Shown piece after piece: positions 1-8,831 of a DNA stretch of 64,000 nucleotides. A program made the position numbers and the translations under genes. How positions within the stretch are numbered: position 1 is the first letter of the stretch; each line of letters starts with the position of its first letter. Below the pieces are notes generated by a model. The model worked only from the letters and a program-made list of their open reading frames with translations. It searched no databases and was not told where the DNA came from. This DNA is from Planctomycetota bacterium. Lineage in GTDB: Bacteria > Planctomycetota > Phycisphaerae > UBA1845. Where the stretch lies: NCBI GenBank assembly GCA_024276605.1, contig JAJRWX010000098.1, positions 11,113-75,112 on the forward strand. Direction: 5' to 3'.

Positions 1-2
1 GC

Positions 3-137
3 GATACCCCTTCATCTCCGATTACATCGGTTATGGAGTTCGATGTTACGTATACGAATCGACCGAATAAGAATCCGCATCCATCGCCGGCGAAGCGATC
101 AATAGCCGCGGTCGTTTTGCAAACGCAAGGAGATTAA
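3..137 (+). CDS. 3' end of an unidentified CDS (partial, runs off the left edge)
   Basis: Frame from position 3 is open (DTPSSPITSVMEFDVTYTNRPNK...QTQGD) and its TAA (135-137) directly abuts the ATG at 138, suggesting the same operon. Not in the ORF track. Confidence 0.55.
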   Translation, partial: DTPSSPITSVMEFDVTYTNRPNKNPHPSPAKRSIAAVVLQTQGD

Positions 138-2939
138 ATGATGAGTGATAAACCGCTGAATGTTTTGGATAAGACTCAAATGGATATGCCATGTACCATT
201 CACCGAAAGGTGAAATATGGTGATGGTTTTGATCGACGTAAGTTTATGCAAATGGCTGCGGGGACTGGTGCTGCTGTCGCGGCAACCGGTTTTTTACCCG
301 ACGAGTTCGTCCAGGCGCATGCAAGCCCGACGACCGGAAAAACTAACAACGGTGTGAAGTTGTTACAGGCTGCGTGTCCGTATTGTGGTGTGGGATGCGG
401 GACGCTCATTAAGGTTGAGGGTGGTAAGGTGGTAGGCATGGTGCCGGATAAAAAGCACCCCACCAATCGCGGTATCCAGTGCATTAAAGGCCTCAATGCG
501 CATGAGCCAATTTATCGTGATCGATTGACCAAAGTGCTTGTGCGCAAGGACATGAGCGACCCCCTACGTGGTCATGTTTCTTCGACTAAGGGGCGTTTTG
601 ATGATGATGTATTCCGTGAGATTCCTTATGAAGAGGCCGAGGAACTCGTCGCGGAGCGCATCGCTGAAATTATTAAGGCGAAGGGGCCTAATGCCGTCGG
701 TCTAAATGGTTCCGGTCAGCTTACGATGGAAGCGCAATGGATCGAAAACCTGCTCATGAAAGGTGTGATTGGTAGTAATTCCATCGAAGCCAATGCCCGG
801 ATGTGTATGACGTCCGCTGTAACGGGTTATTTTCATTCCTATGGTTCGGATGCACCACCGACAAGTTACGAAGACATTGAAGAAGCCTACTTTATTACAT
901 TTTGGGGGCACAATGCTCGTGAGGCACACCCGATTTTGTATTGGCGCGTAGCGGACCATAAGAGCAAGCATGATATTCCCACATGTATCGCGGATCCCAG
1001 GAAGACTGGTAGCGTGATCGGTTTGGAAGACATTAACCCGCGCAATAGCTTCCACATACCAACACTCAATGGTGACATTAGTCATCTCAATGCGATTGCG
1101 CATGTGTTGCTGAAGCGTTATCCGGATGCGTGCATGCCTGAGAGTTGGTTGGAGAATAATGTCAACGGTTGGAGGGCCTATAAAGAGGGCGTGTTATCGA
1201 AGTATTCGCCTGAACAGGTTGTGCAACATATGGATCCTATCGAAGGCGGTCGTGTTACCGTTGAATTGATAGAAAATGTGGCGCGTACCTGGGCGGAGGC
1301 TTCGATTAAGGGGCGGCAGCGAGGTCGTGGCGGCGTACTGAGTTTCTGGGGTATTGGCTACAACCAGATGCTTCATGGCCAACATAACACGATTAGCATT
1401 ATCAACCTTCATCTTTTAACCGGTAACCTTGGCCGGCCAGGTTGTGGTAGCCATTCACAGACCGGTCAGCCCAACGCCATGAGCGAACGTCTTATGGGTG
1501 GACTGACGGGGCGATTGCCGTTCAACCAGCCGCTGAAGAATGCAGCTTGGCGACAGCACATTGCAGACGCATGGCATATCCCTGAGGAACGATTGGCGCA
1601 AACGGCTGCCCTACCCAATCCGGGTATGGTGATCGGGATGATGGAACGAGCCTTAAAAGGTGGCTTGGATGCCATGTTCTGGATGTACACGACCCATGTA
1701 CACATGCCTGATCTGGATACCTTGGTCCGTCCTGCGCTCACAAAGATGTTTTGTGTGGTGCAAGATATTTATCGACATGCACCAAACAATCTTTATGCAG
1801 ATGTCATCTTCCCGGCTGCGACTTGGGGCGAGTGGACTGGTGGTACGTATATTCAATCGGAACGACGTGTATATATTTGTGATGGTACCAAAAACCCACC
1901 ACCAAACTGTCGACCTGACATGGACATGGCTATAGACAAAGCCAAGGTATTGGCTGAAAAGCTTGGTCTTGATGCCCATAAAATTCTTCCCTACGAAAAG
2001 AAAATAAAAATGGGTAATGGCTTGATGGCGTATGATCCTCAGGAGGTCTTTCGTGACATCGTCGCTGCGAGCAAAGGGTCGGATGCAGATTTGTCGGGCA
2101 TACTGGAAGTAGAGAAATTGGATGGCACTACACCTTACGATCAACTTCGTACTTTGCGAGGTATTCAATGGCCCGCAGCGACAGCGGAAATTGCTAGAGC
2201 CGGCGGAACGCCACGACGTTATCTCGGTCAAGAGGGATGGGGTGGCAAGCCTTACGGTGCTTTCCGTCACAAGGACGGCAAAGCGAAGATGAAACTCTGC
2301 GAACAGGATTATTCCAAACTGGAAGACGTGACTGAAAGACTCAGTAAATATGGTGATAAGCGTCGACCCGGTGAAGGTCCATTCCTCATTGACGATCTAC
2401 ACACGGTGGGCAAGAACAAGGGTAAACCTAGAATTCTCGTCGAAGCGAGAGATGCCGGATTACCCCCGGAACTTCCTCACTTGGCTGAATATCATGATGC
2501 CACAATGTCGCTTATCGATCATCAGGAAAAAAATATCTATCCATTTTGGTTGGGGTTGGGTGTTGTATACGAACACTTCCACACGGCAAAAACGATCCGA
2601 GGGGCGACGACAATGAAGTTGGTGCCGGAACAGTACGTTGAAATAAACGATGATGACGCGAAGCGATATGGGTTACGAGATGGTCAACGTGTTCGGCTGG
2701 TTACCCGTCGAGGTTCATATGAAGCGCGTGTTTCAGTTGGACAAACGAGTATGATTCGACCGTCACGTACCGAAGTGCCGCCTGGTTATTTGTTTAGTCC
2801 ATGGAACTTATCCGTAGCAGATAGCGCCGACCCGCGAAAGAATAAATGGTTGGTTAACTCAACGAGTCACCGAGCGTGGGATCCGGTCAGCGGGCAGTGT
2901 GATTACAAGAAGCTCGCGGCCAGGATCGAGGTGTTGTAG
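138..2939 (+). CDS. Tat-exported molybdopterin oxidoreductase, nitrate reductase (NapA/NasA-NarB) family catalytic subunit
   Basis: Twin-arginine motif DRRKFMQ followed by a hydrophobic stretch; N-terminal [4Fe-4S] motif CPYCGVGC...C-IKG; Mo-ligand segment NARMCMTSAV; GQPNAM; C-terminal molydopterin-binding region (EHFHT...YVEIN..DA...G..V...TRRG); SD AAGGAG at 127-132. Confidence 0.85.
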   Translation: MMSDKPLNVLDKTQMDMPCTIHRKVKYGDGFDRRKFMQMAAGTGAAVAATGFLPDEFVQAHASPTTGKTNNGVKLLQAACPYCGVGCGTLIKVEGGKVVGMVPDKKHPTNRGIQCIKGLNAHEPIYRDRLTKVLVRKDMSDPLRGHVSSTKGRFDDDVFREIPYEEAEELVAERIAEIIKAKGPNAVGLNGSGQLTMEAQWIENLLMKGVIGSNSIEANARMCMTSAVTGYFHSYGSDAPPTSYEDIEEAYFITFWGHNAREAHPILYWRVADHKSKHDIPTCIADPRKTGSVIGLEDINPRNSFHIPTLNGDISHLNAIAHVLLKRYPDACMPESWLENNVNGWRAYKEGVLSKYSPEQVVQHMDPIEGGRVTVELIENVARTWAEASIKGRQRGRGGVLSFWGIGYNQMLHGQHNTISIINLHLLTGNLGRPGCGSHSQTGQPNAMSERLMGGLTGRLPFNQPLKNAAWRQHIADAWHIPEERLAQTAALPNPGMVIGMMERALKGGLDAMFWMYTTHVHMPDLDTLVRPALTKMFCVVQDIYRHAPNNLYADVIFPAATWGEWTGGTYIQSERRVYICDGTKNPPPNCRPDMDMAIDKAKVLAEKLGLDAHKILPYEKKIKMGNGLMAYDPQEVFRDIVAASKGSDADLSGILEVEKLDGTTPYDQLRTLRGIQWPAATAEIARAGGTPRRYLGQEGWGGKPYGAFRHKDGKAKMKLCEQDYSKLEDVTERLSKYGDKRRPGEGPFLIDDLHTVGKNKGKPRILVEARDAGLPPELPHLAEYHDATMSLIDHQEKNIYPFWLGLGVVYEHFHTAKTIRGATTMKLVPEQYVEINDDDAKRYGLRDGQRVRLVTRRGSYEARVSVGQTSMIRPSRTEVPPGYLFSPWNLSVADSADPRKNKWLVNSTSHRAWDPVSGQCDYKKLAARIEVL

Positions 2940-2941
2940 CC

Positions 2942-3556
2942 TTGGAGAAAGTCGACCGACGACAATTTGTCAAGCAGTCGACGGCTATCGGCGTGACACT
3001 CGGCAGTGGTGCCTATGTTTCCGGACTTTTAGGTTCTGCGTCTACAGCCCAGGCGAGTCCGCTGCGACCGCCTGGTGCGCTATCAGAGGAAGATTTTCTT
3101 TCAACGTGCATTCGGTGTATGCGCTGTGTTGATGCCTGCCCTAATCGTGCGTTAATATCTACGCCGAGTCATGCGGGTGGGGCGCAGGCCTGCACTCCCA
3201 TGATGCAGCCGAGAAAGGCTGCTTGCATGTTGTGTCTTAGTGAAGAGGGTGATTACCTCAAATGCACAGAGGTGTGCCCGTCCGGTGCACTGCGACTCAT
3301 CAAAAAAACCAAGGCGGACATCAAAGAACGGGTCTCCATTGGCGTAGCAGAAATTGATTTTGACCTATGTTATTCGTACAACAACTGGAGCTGTGGGGCT
3401 TGTTTTCGTGCATGTCCATTAGCCGGTGAAGCCATGACCGTCGGCATGTGGGAACGACCGACGATTCATCCGGAGGCTTGCGTCGGATGTGGTTGTTGCG
3501 AACGTTCTTGCATTCGTTATCCACATGCCATTCGCGTCAAGGCGGTGGCCTCATGA
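2942..3556 (+). CDS. NapG/MauM-type polyferredoxin with Tat-like signal
   Basis: DRRQFVK Tat-like motif, LRPPGA, CIRCMRCVDACP, CGACFRACP, CVGCGCCERSC; TTG start 2 nt after the upstream stop. Confidence 0.85.
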   Translation: MEKVDRRQFVKQSTAIGVTLGSGAYVSGLLGSASTAQASPLRPPGALSEEDFLSTCIRCMRCVDACPNRALISTPSHAGGAQACTPMMQPRKAACMLCLSEEGDYLKCTEVCPSGALRLIKKTKADIKERVSIGVAEIDFDLCYSYNNWSCGACFRACPLAGEAMTVGMWERPTIHPEACVGCGCCERSCIRYPHAIRVKAVAS

Positions 3557-4374
3557 GTCGCGCCACGGATAAGTTGGTTTCACATGACCGAATGAAAGGT
3601 CAGCGTCAATACACCGGCATAGTTTTCGGTCCATCTACATCTGCTAGGCGTCGAGCATTTACACGACGAGACGTGATCCACTCACTTGCCGTTGGTGTAG
3701 GGTTTGCGGTCGTAAGCGGCTTGGTCCACTTTTTATCTGCGACTCGATTATCGAAATTCCCGGCGATTAAACGCCCCTACGAAAAGTTGGCGGGCATTTT
3801 ACGCCCGCCCGGCGCATTGGATGAGCCTGATTTCCTGGCCGCGTGTATTAGGTGTTATCGATGTCAGGATGTCTGTGGACCGGGTGCCATTCAGTTTTAC
3901 ACCGAAAACGATGGCGAACATTTCCACACGCCATACGTTGATCCTGCCAAAGCCGGGTGCACTTTGTGTAACGCGTGTGGGCCGGTGTGCCCGACCGGTG
4001 CGTTACTACCCTTCGAGGCTATGGCAGATGTGGACATGGGTAGTGTCGAGTTGCAGGAAGACCTTTGCCTGTCGTATAAAGCTAAGCGCATTCGGCACGA
4101 ACAAGAACTACTTACACAGCTTGGTCAACACCCTACTGAATCGCAGGCAACGACCGAAAGACGTGGACCGTGTGGCGAATGTTTCATGTTTTGTCCATTA
4201 CGCAATCGGGCTATCAAATTAGAACCGGGTGCTTTTCTGGCACCGATCGTGTACACCGATCACTGTGTTGGATGTGGTATGTGTGAAGACATCTGTCGCA
4301 CCGTCGTTCGAGGCGAACCGGCCATTCGCGTGGTCCGAACGCGCAAACCGCATCGGCTGGAGGTCGTGTCATGA
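3553..4374 (+). CDS. Second NapG/MauM-type polyferredoxin
   Basis: ATGA overlap with the previous stop gives a start at 3553 (MSRATDK); TRRDVI plus a hydrophobic segment; LRPPGA; CIRCYRCQDVC, CTLCNACGPVCP, CGECFMFCP, CVGCGMCEDIC. Confidence 0.85.
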   Translation: MSRATDKLVSHDRMKGQRQYTGIVFGPSTSARRRAFTRRDVIHSLAVGVGFAVVSGLVHFLSATRLSKFPAIKRPYEKLAGILRPPGALDEPDFLAACIRCYRCQDVCGPGAIQFYTENDGEHFHTPYVDPAKAGCTLCNACGPVCPTGALLPFEAMADVDMGSVELQEDLCLSYKAKRIRHEQELLTQLGQHPTESQATTERRGPCGECFMFCPLRNRAIKLEPGAFLAPIVYTDHCVGCGMCEDICRTVVRGEPAIRVVRTRKPHRLEVVS

Positions 4375-5945
4375 TCCTTCAAGTACTGAGGCGAACGGTT
4401 CAGGCTAGCGTGCTGCTGGTGATGGTCAGTATAGCGTTCATGAGTCTTTACGCTCATTACCGCTCAGCACGCGTAATTGATGACGATCAACTCATGGCTG
4501 GTATGCGTGGTGAGGTCGTAACCAAGTTGATTTACCCGTATATCGATGCACTCGATAACCCCACCGCATTTCTAGACGGTAACAAAGGCACCTTGTGGTC
4601 CATGAAGTTATTTGGTGTTGATCTTACGGATCCTCTCGCTGCAGCTGAGATGTTGGCAACTTCCAAACACATCCATTGGCCGCTGTTGATATCGATCGTC
4701 ATACCGGTGGTAGTGACATTGATACTCGGTCGAGTCTTTTGTAGTTGGATTTGCCCCGGATATGTCCTGTTTGAGATAGCGAGCAAGTTAAGAAAACTGC
4801 TACGTTTTGCCGAGATTCAGCCGGCGAATGTTTCGTTCTCTCATCGCAATAAATATATCTTTCTCTTCGTTGGATTAGTGGTAGCTGCGGTTTGTTCCGC
4901 GCCATTGTTTGCATTGATCTATCCACCGGCTGTGATCAGTCGAATCGTTCACGCCTGGGTTTTTGGGACGGCTCTATCGGGTATGCTTGTTCTTGTCAGC
5001 GTTCTTGTCGCGATAGAAGTGTTTATCTCACCGCGCTGGTGGTGTCGGACGATTTGTCCGGGCGGGGCACTATATGGATTGTTGGGATGGTTGCGCCCAA
5101 TTCGAGTCAAACTTAGTAAAAGCAAGTGTACCGGCTGTATGGATTGTTTACCCGTATGTGAAGCAGGTATCAATCCCATCACGCAATCTTCATCGATAGA
5201 GTGTGACAATTGTGGCGTGTGTATCCGTTATTGTGGTGACAAGGCTTTATACTTTACCATCGGACTGCCGGGACAAGAGTCCTCATCTCAGAAGATTGCA
5301 ACTCGCGCCACGTCCAAGGCGGCTATGTTTGTGATGTTGATTGTCCCGCTACTTGGGCCATCTACCGTAGAGGGCCATCATATTCTCGGATTGCCACATT
5401 ATTCGTACAAAGAAAATTATCCACAACGACCGACATTGGAATACCCCGCAACTACCGGTCCGTATGACGTGCTGCTGACATCGTATCCGGGGATTCCGGT
5501 CCCCGGTGAAGCTGCAAATATCGCTATCTATATCAAGAATCGTGAGACGCGAAAAGTATACAGCGAGCCTATTACGATTCGCGTGCTCCAGACCAGCACA
5601 TTCGGTGATAATATCATCATCCTCCCATCGACAACGCGCACACCATTTGACAATGAATACAAAATTCATGTGACGTTGCCTATCGATAGTGAATACATTG
5701 TGGAAGTGTCCATGCCGGTGGAGGGTCGTGTGGAAGTCATACCGTTTCTGATCGTGGCGGGGCAGCCCACGGCTTTGGCCTCTATGGTTATCGTAGGTTC
5801 GTTCAGCGTAATTATTGTGTTTGTGGTGATTAGGGCTATCCACAAGAAGCGCCAGCGTAAACGACGCATGGTGGCAGGCGTTGACCATGGGCATGAAGCT
5901 TACGAAGCAGGCAGTGTCATGAATCTGGGAGAGAAGGTATTGTGA
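4371..5945 (+). CDS. NapH/MauN-type membrane polyferredoxin fused to an extra C-terminal extracytoplasmic domain
   Basis: LRRTVQ start, TDPLA, GRVFCSWICP, RWWCRTICPGGA, CTGCMDCLPVC, CDNCGVCIRYC; then about 220 extra aa (signal-like segment, HHILGLPHY, beta-rich domain, TM anchor, basic tail). Confidence 0.8.
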   Translation: MILQVLRRTVQASVLLVMVSIAFMSLYAHYRSARVIDDDQLMAGMRGEVVTKLIYPYIDALDNPTAFLDGNKGTLWSMKLFGVDLTDPLAAAEMLATSKHIHWPLLISIVIPVVVTLILGRVFCSWICPGYVLFEIASKLRKLLRFAEIQPANVSFSHRNKYIFLFVGLVVAAVCSAPLFALIYPPAVISRIVHAWVFGTALSGMLVLVSVLVAIEVFISPRWWCRTICPGGALYGLLGWLRPIRVKLSKSKCTGCMDCLPVCEAGINPITQSSSIECDNCGVCIRYCGDKALYFTIGLPGQESSSQKIATRATSKAAMFVMLIVPLLGPSTVEGHHILGLPHYSYKENYPQRPTLEYPATTGPYDVLLTSYPGIPVPGEAANIAIYIKNRETRKVYSEPITIRVLQTSTFGDNIIILPSTTRTPFDNEYKIHVTLPIDSEYIVEVSMPVEGRVEVIPFLIVAGQPTALASMVIVGSFSVIIVFVVIRAIHKKRQRKRRMVAGVDHGHEAYEAGSVMNLGEKVL

Positions 5946-8188
5946 AGCGGTTGCATTTATTATTTCCATATCTGCTATTGGGGGTTTTAACCTCAGCTGT
6001 TGTGTATACCAATATTGGCACGCATGATAGCAGTCCCATGCAGGTAGACGATCGCACCGCAGTATGTCAACCGTGTGGCATGACTGTGGATACTCATTCG
6101 GCCATACGATCAGATCATGCCGGCACGATACGATATTATTGTAGCGAGCGTTGTCGAGATCGTGTGATGCCTGCGGTGGGATATGTGTCCGCCTCGCCTT
6201 CTAGCAGGCGGTTTGTCGATATCGTTTGCCACATGGAAGTGAATCGTGGATGGGGTATCCATACCGAGTATGATGGGCGTCGATATTATTTTTGCACAAC
6301 GCAATGTCGTACGCAGTTTGAGGCGGAGCCGGTGAAATACTTGACGGCTTCATGCCTAGTGTGTGAAAGTCCACTTGGGGATCAACCAACTTTTCCCGCT
6401 ACATATCTTGGCCATACGTATCAGCTTTGTAGCCAATCCCATCGGGCGGAGTTTAAGCAAGACCCCGCTTCGTTTTTTATGCACACCATGTGGGGGATTC
6501 CTTCGTGGTTATACTATGCGTCGATTGCGCTTGTGCTGATCGTCAGCTTCGGAGTGTTTGATTGGTTGAGTCGAAAAACAACGACGAAGATACCTTCGTC
6601 CGTTGAAACACAATCTAGAAAAACCATTCAATTCTCCGGCGAACAAGTCAAAGGCGAAGGCGAGCGTATGGCTGTATGCGGCGGACTTGGACTATCGCCG
6701 GCTTCTGCCATAAGCCTGCAACTACCTATACTGTCGTCACCGGCGATGGGAGTTAGTCGTTCCTTTCATCAATCGGCTGACCGTTTCGATTTGTTATCCA
6801 TCTCCTGGATTAAGGTAGCGATTCGATCGCGTATATTCAGGTTTTGCTGCCAAGTTATTTTTGTTGTTTTTTTTCTCCTCATCATTGCAGCCGGGTTATT
6901 CGGCAATCAAAATCCAGCGCTCAATATTGCCCCGATTGTTACATGGACCATATGGTGGGCGTTGTTAATTGTGCTGATTATGTATGCCGGTAAGGCTTGG
7001 TGTTATGTTTGTCCATGGGATGCAATCGCCGGCTGGATTGAGAAACTTTCGTTTTGGAAAAAATCTCAAGATGGGTTAAGCCTGAATTTGAAATGGCCGC
7101 GCGTAATAAGAAACATCGTCATAGCGACGATTCTATTTGTTGGGTTGACATGGATCGAACTGGGATTCGGTGTCACGATGAAACCGCGTATCACAGCATA
7201 TTTAGCCCTGGCTATGTTGTTGATGACCGTGGTATCCGCTTTGTTATTTGATCGCAAATCATTTTGCCGCTATGGATGCCTCGTGGGACGGGTCAGTGGC
7301 TTATATGCATTGTTTGCTGGTGTCGAGGTGCGATCGAAACAAAACAGCGTGTGCAAATCATGCCATACGAAAGAATGTGTCACGGGTAGTGAGAGCGCGT
7401 ACGGATGTCCGACATTTCTTTATCCCGGAAAACTTGAAAGCAACACCTATTGCATTCAGTGTATGGAATGTGTGCAAGCTTGTCCGCATGACAATCTCGC
7501 TCTAAATGTGAGGCCTTGGGGTAGCGATCTGGAGAACGAGGGTAAACCAAGGGCGGATGAAGCGTACCTCGCGCTGCTAATGCTTACCCTGGCAGCGTTT
7601 CATGGATTAACCATGACGCCGGTTTGGCAGCAACTCATTGATGCAATTCGGGAAAGCGTGAATGTCGGGCGCATACTCGGATTTAGCCTTGGTATGGCCC
7701 TGTTAACCGTTGGCCCAATTGTGATATATGCGGTGCTGGTAGGTATTTCCAAATCATTTGGTGATGCCCATACCATAAAGTCATTTACGTATCGCGATTA
7801 TTTCATACGCTATGCTTACGCAATGTTACCCATTGCACTCTTTTATCATATTGCACATAACCTAGAGCACTTGCTCATGGAAGGCCCGAAAGTTCTGGCC
7901 ATCATTTCCGATCCGTTTGGTTGGCAGTGGAATTTGTTCGGAACCGCTGGCTGGGTCATACCACCAATGATCGCGCTGGACAAACTATGGATCGTACAAG
8001 TATTTCTGGTTTTAGTAGGGCATGTATATAGTCTATGGATTGCACAGAAAACTTCTTTACGACTATTTGGTTCGTCTAAAGCAGCGTTCCGTAGTCAGCT
8101 ACCTATGCTTGTGGGTATGATTGCCTTTAGCGTCTTTAGTCTGTGGTTACTCAAACAGCCGATGGAAATGCGAACATCGGCGATGTAA
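5942..8188 (+). CDS. Triple YHS/TRASH-domain membrane polyferredoxin (4Fe-4S_5 type)
   Basis: Three YHS-like repeats (PCGMTV...YYCSERC; VCHMEV...YYFCTTQC..F..EP.KY; VCESPL...YQLCSQSH..F..DP); multiple TM helices; GKAWCYVCPW, FCRYGC, CKSCHTKEC, CIQCMECVQACP. GTGA overlap with the previous gene. Confidence 0.8.
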   Translation: MKRLHLLFPYLLLGVLTSAVVYTNIGTHDSSPMQVDDRTAVCQPCGMTVDTHSAIRSDHAGTIRYYCSERCRDRVMPAVGYVSASPSSRRFVDIVCHMEVNRGWGIHTEYDGRRYYFCTTQCRTQFEAEPVKYLTASCLVCESPLGDQPTFPATYLGHTYQLCSQSHRAEFKQDPASFFMHTMWGIPSWLYYASIALVLIVSFGVFDWLSRKTTTKIPSSVETQSRKTIQFSGEQVKGEGERMAVCGGLGLSPASAISLQLPILSSPAMGVSRSFHQSADRFDLLSISWIKVAIRSRIFRFCCQVIFVVFFLLIIAAGLFGNQNPALNIAPIVTWTIWWALLIVLIMYAGKAWCYVCPWDAIAGWIEKLSFWKKSQDGLSLNLKWPRVIRNIVIATILFVGLTWIELGFGVTMKPRITAYLALAMLLMTVVSALLFDRKSFCRYGCLVGRVSGLYALFAGVEVRSKQNSVCKSCHTKECVTGSESAYGCPTFLYPGKLESNTYCIQCMECVQACPHDNLALNVRPWGSDLENEGKPRADEAYLALLMLTLAAFHGLTMTPVWQQLIDAIRESVNVGRILGFSLGMALLTVGPIVIYAVLVGISKSFGDAHTIKSFTYRDYFIRYAYAMLPIALFYHIAHNLEHLLMEGPKVLAIISDPFGWQWNLFGTAGWVIPPMIALDKLWIVQVFLVLVGHVYSLWIAQKTSLRLFGSSKAAFRSQLPMLVGMIAFSVFSLWLLKQPMEMRTSAM

Positions 8189-8200
8189 GGTGTTTTCTTC

Positions 8201-8830
8201 ATGACATGCACACGAAGAGAATTCTTTTCCAGGTTTAGTCGATCGCTCGTATCGGACGCGGTAGATTCACTACAAGCCGTCCGTAGCCGAGCGGGAATTT
8301 TCGACGTGCCAAAGGACACGCCACCCAAAGTTGAATTAGCGAAGTGGTTGCGTCCGCCTGGTGCACTACCCGAATCGCAGTTCCTTACGACATGTACCCA
8401 ATGTACGGATTGTCAGACCGCTTGTCCTTACGATGCCATAAGACGACTCGGACCAGAGTTTGGAAATAGCGCCGGTACCCCAGCAATCATTCCCAGCGAA
8501 TCCCCATGCTATCTTTGTGATGACATGCCGTGCATTAGTGTGTGTGAGCCGCTTGCGTTGCGACAAGTGGCACGAACGGCTGTCAGAATGGGGACAGCGG
8601 TGATAGACTTACCAACATGCTATCTGTCGCAGGGGCAGCCTTGCGACTATTGTGTGATGCGATGTCCCATACCATCGCAGGCTATTCATTTTGGTGAGGA
8701 TGGCCTGCCAACGATTTGCGAAGAGGGATGTGTAGGTTGTGGCGTGTGCGACTACATCTGCCCTGCTGACGCGATTACGATACACGCGCAACTTAGATCA
8801 GAAAAAAGAACGCTACTAAAGGAATCATAA
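8201..8830 (+). CDS. NapF/NapG-type polyferredoxin
   Basis: TRREFF N-terminus without a clear hydrophobic h-region; LRPPGA; CTQCTDCQTACP, CYLCDDMPCISVC, CDYCVMRCP, CVGCGVCDYICP. Confidence 0.85.
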   Translation: MTCTRREFFSRFSRSLVSDAVDSLQAVRSRAGIFDVPKDTPPKVELAKWLRPPGALPESQFLTTCTQCTDCQTACPYDAIRRLGPEFGNSAGTPAIIPSESPCYLCDDMPCISVCEPLALRQVARTAVRMGTAVIDLPTCYLSQGQPCDYCVMRCPIPSQAIHFGEDGLPTICEEGCVGCGVCDYICPADAITIHAQLRSEKRTLLKES

Positions 8831-8831
8831 C

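Noticed and set aside
138..2939. Possible formate dehydrogenase or selenocysteine enzyme
   Set aside because: No in-frame TGA, and the ligand is followed by Met (CM, nitrate-reductase type) rather than His as in FDH.
3448..3552. Longer N-terminus of the second ferredoxin given by the ORF track
   Set aside because: It overlaps the upstream gene by over 100 nt; the ATGA-coupled start at 3553 is more plausible.
7345..7385. CKSCH as a heme c attachment site
   Set aside because: It is part of the CxxCxxxxC ferredoxin-type motif of the membrane polyferredoxin, in a predicted cytoplasmic domain.
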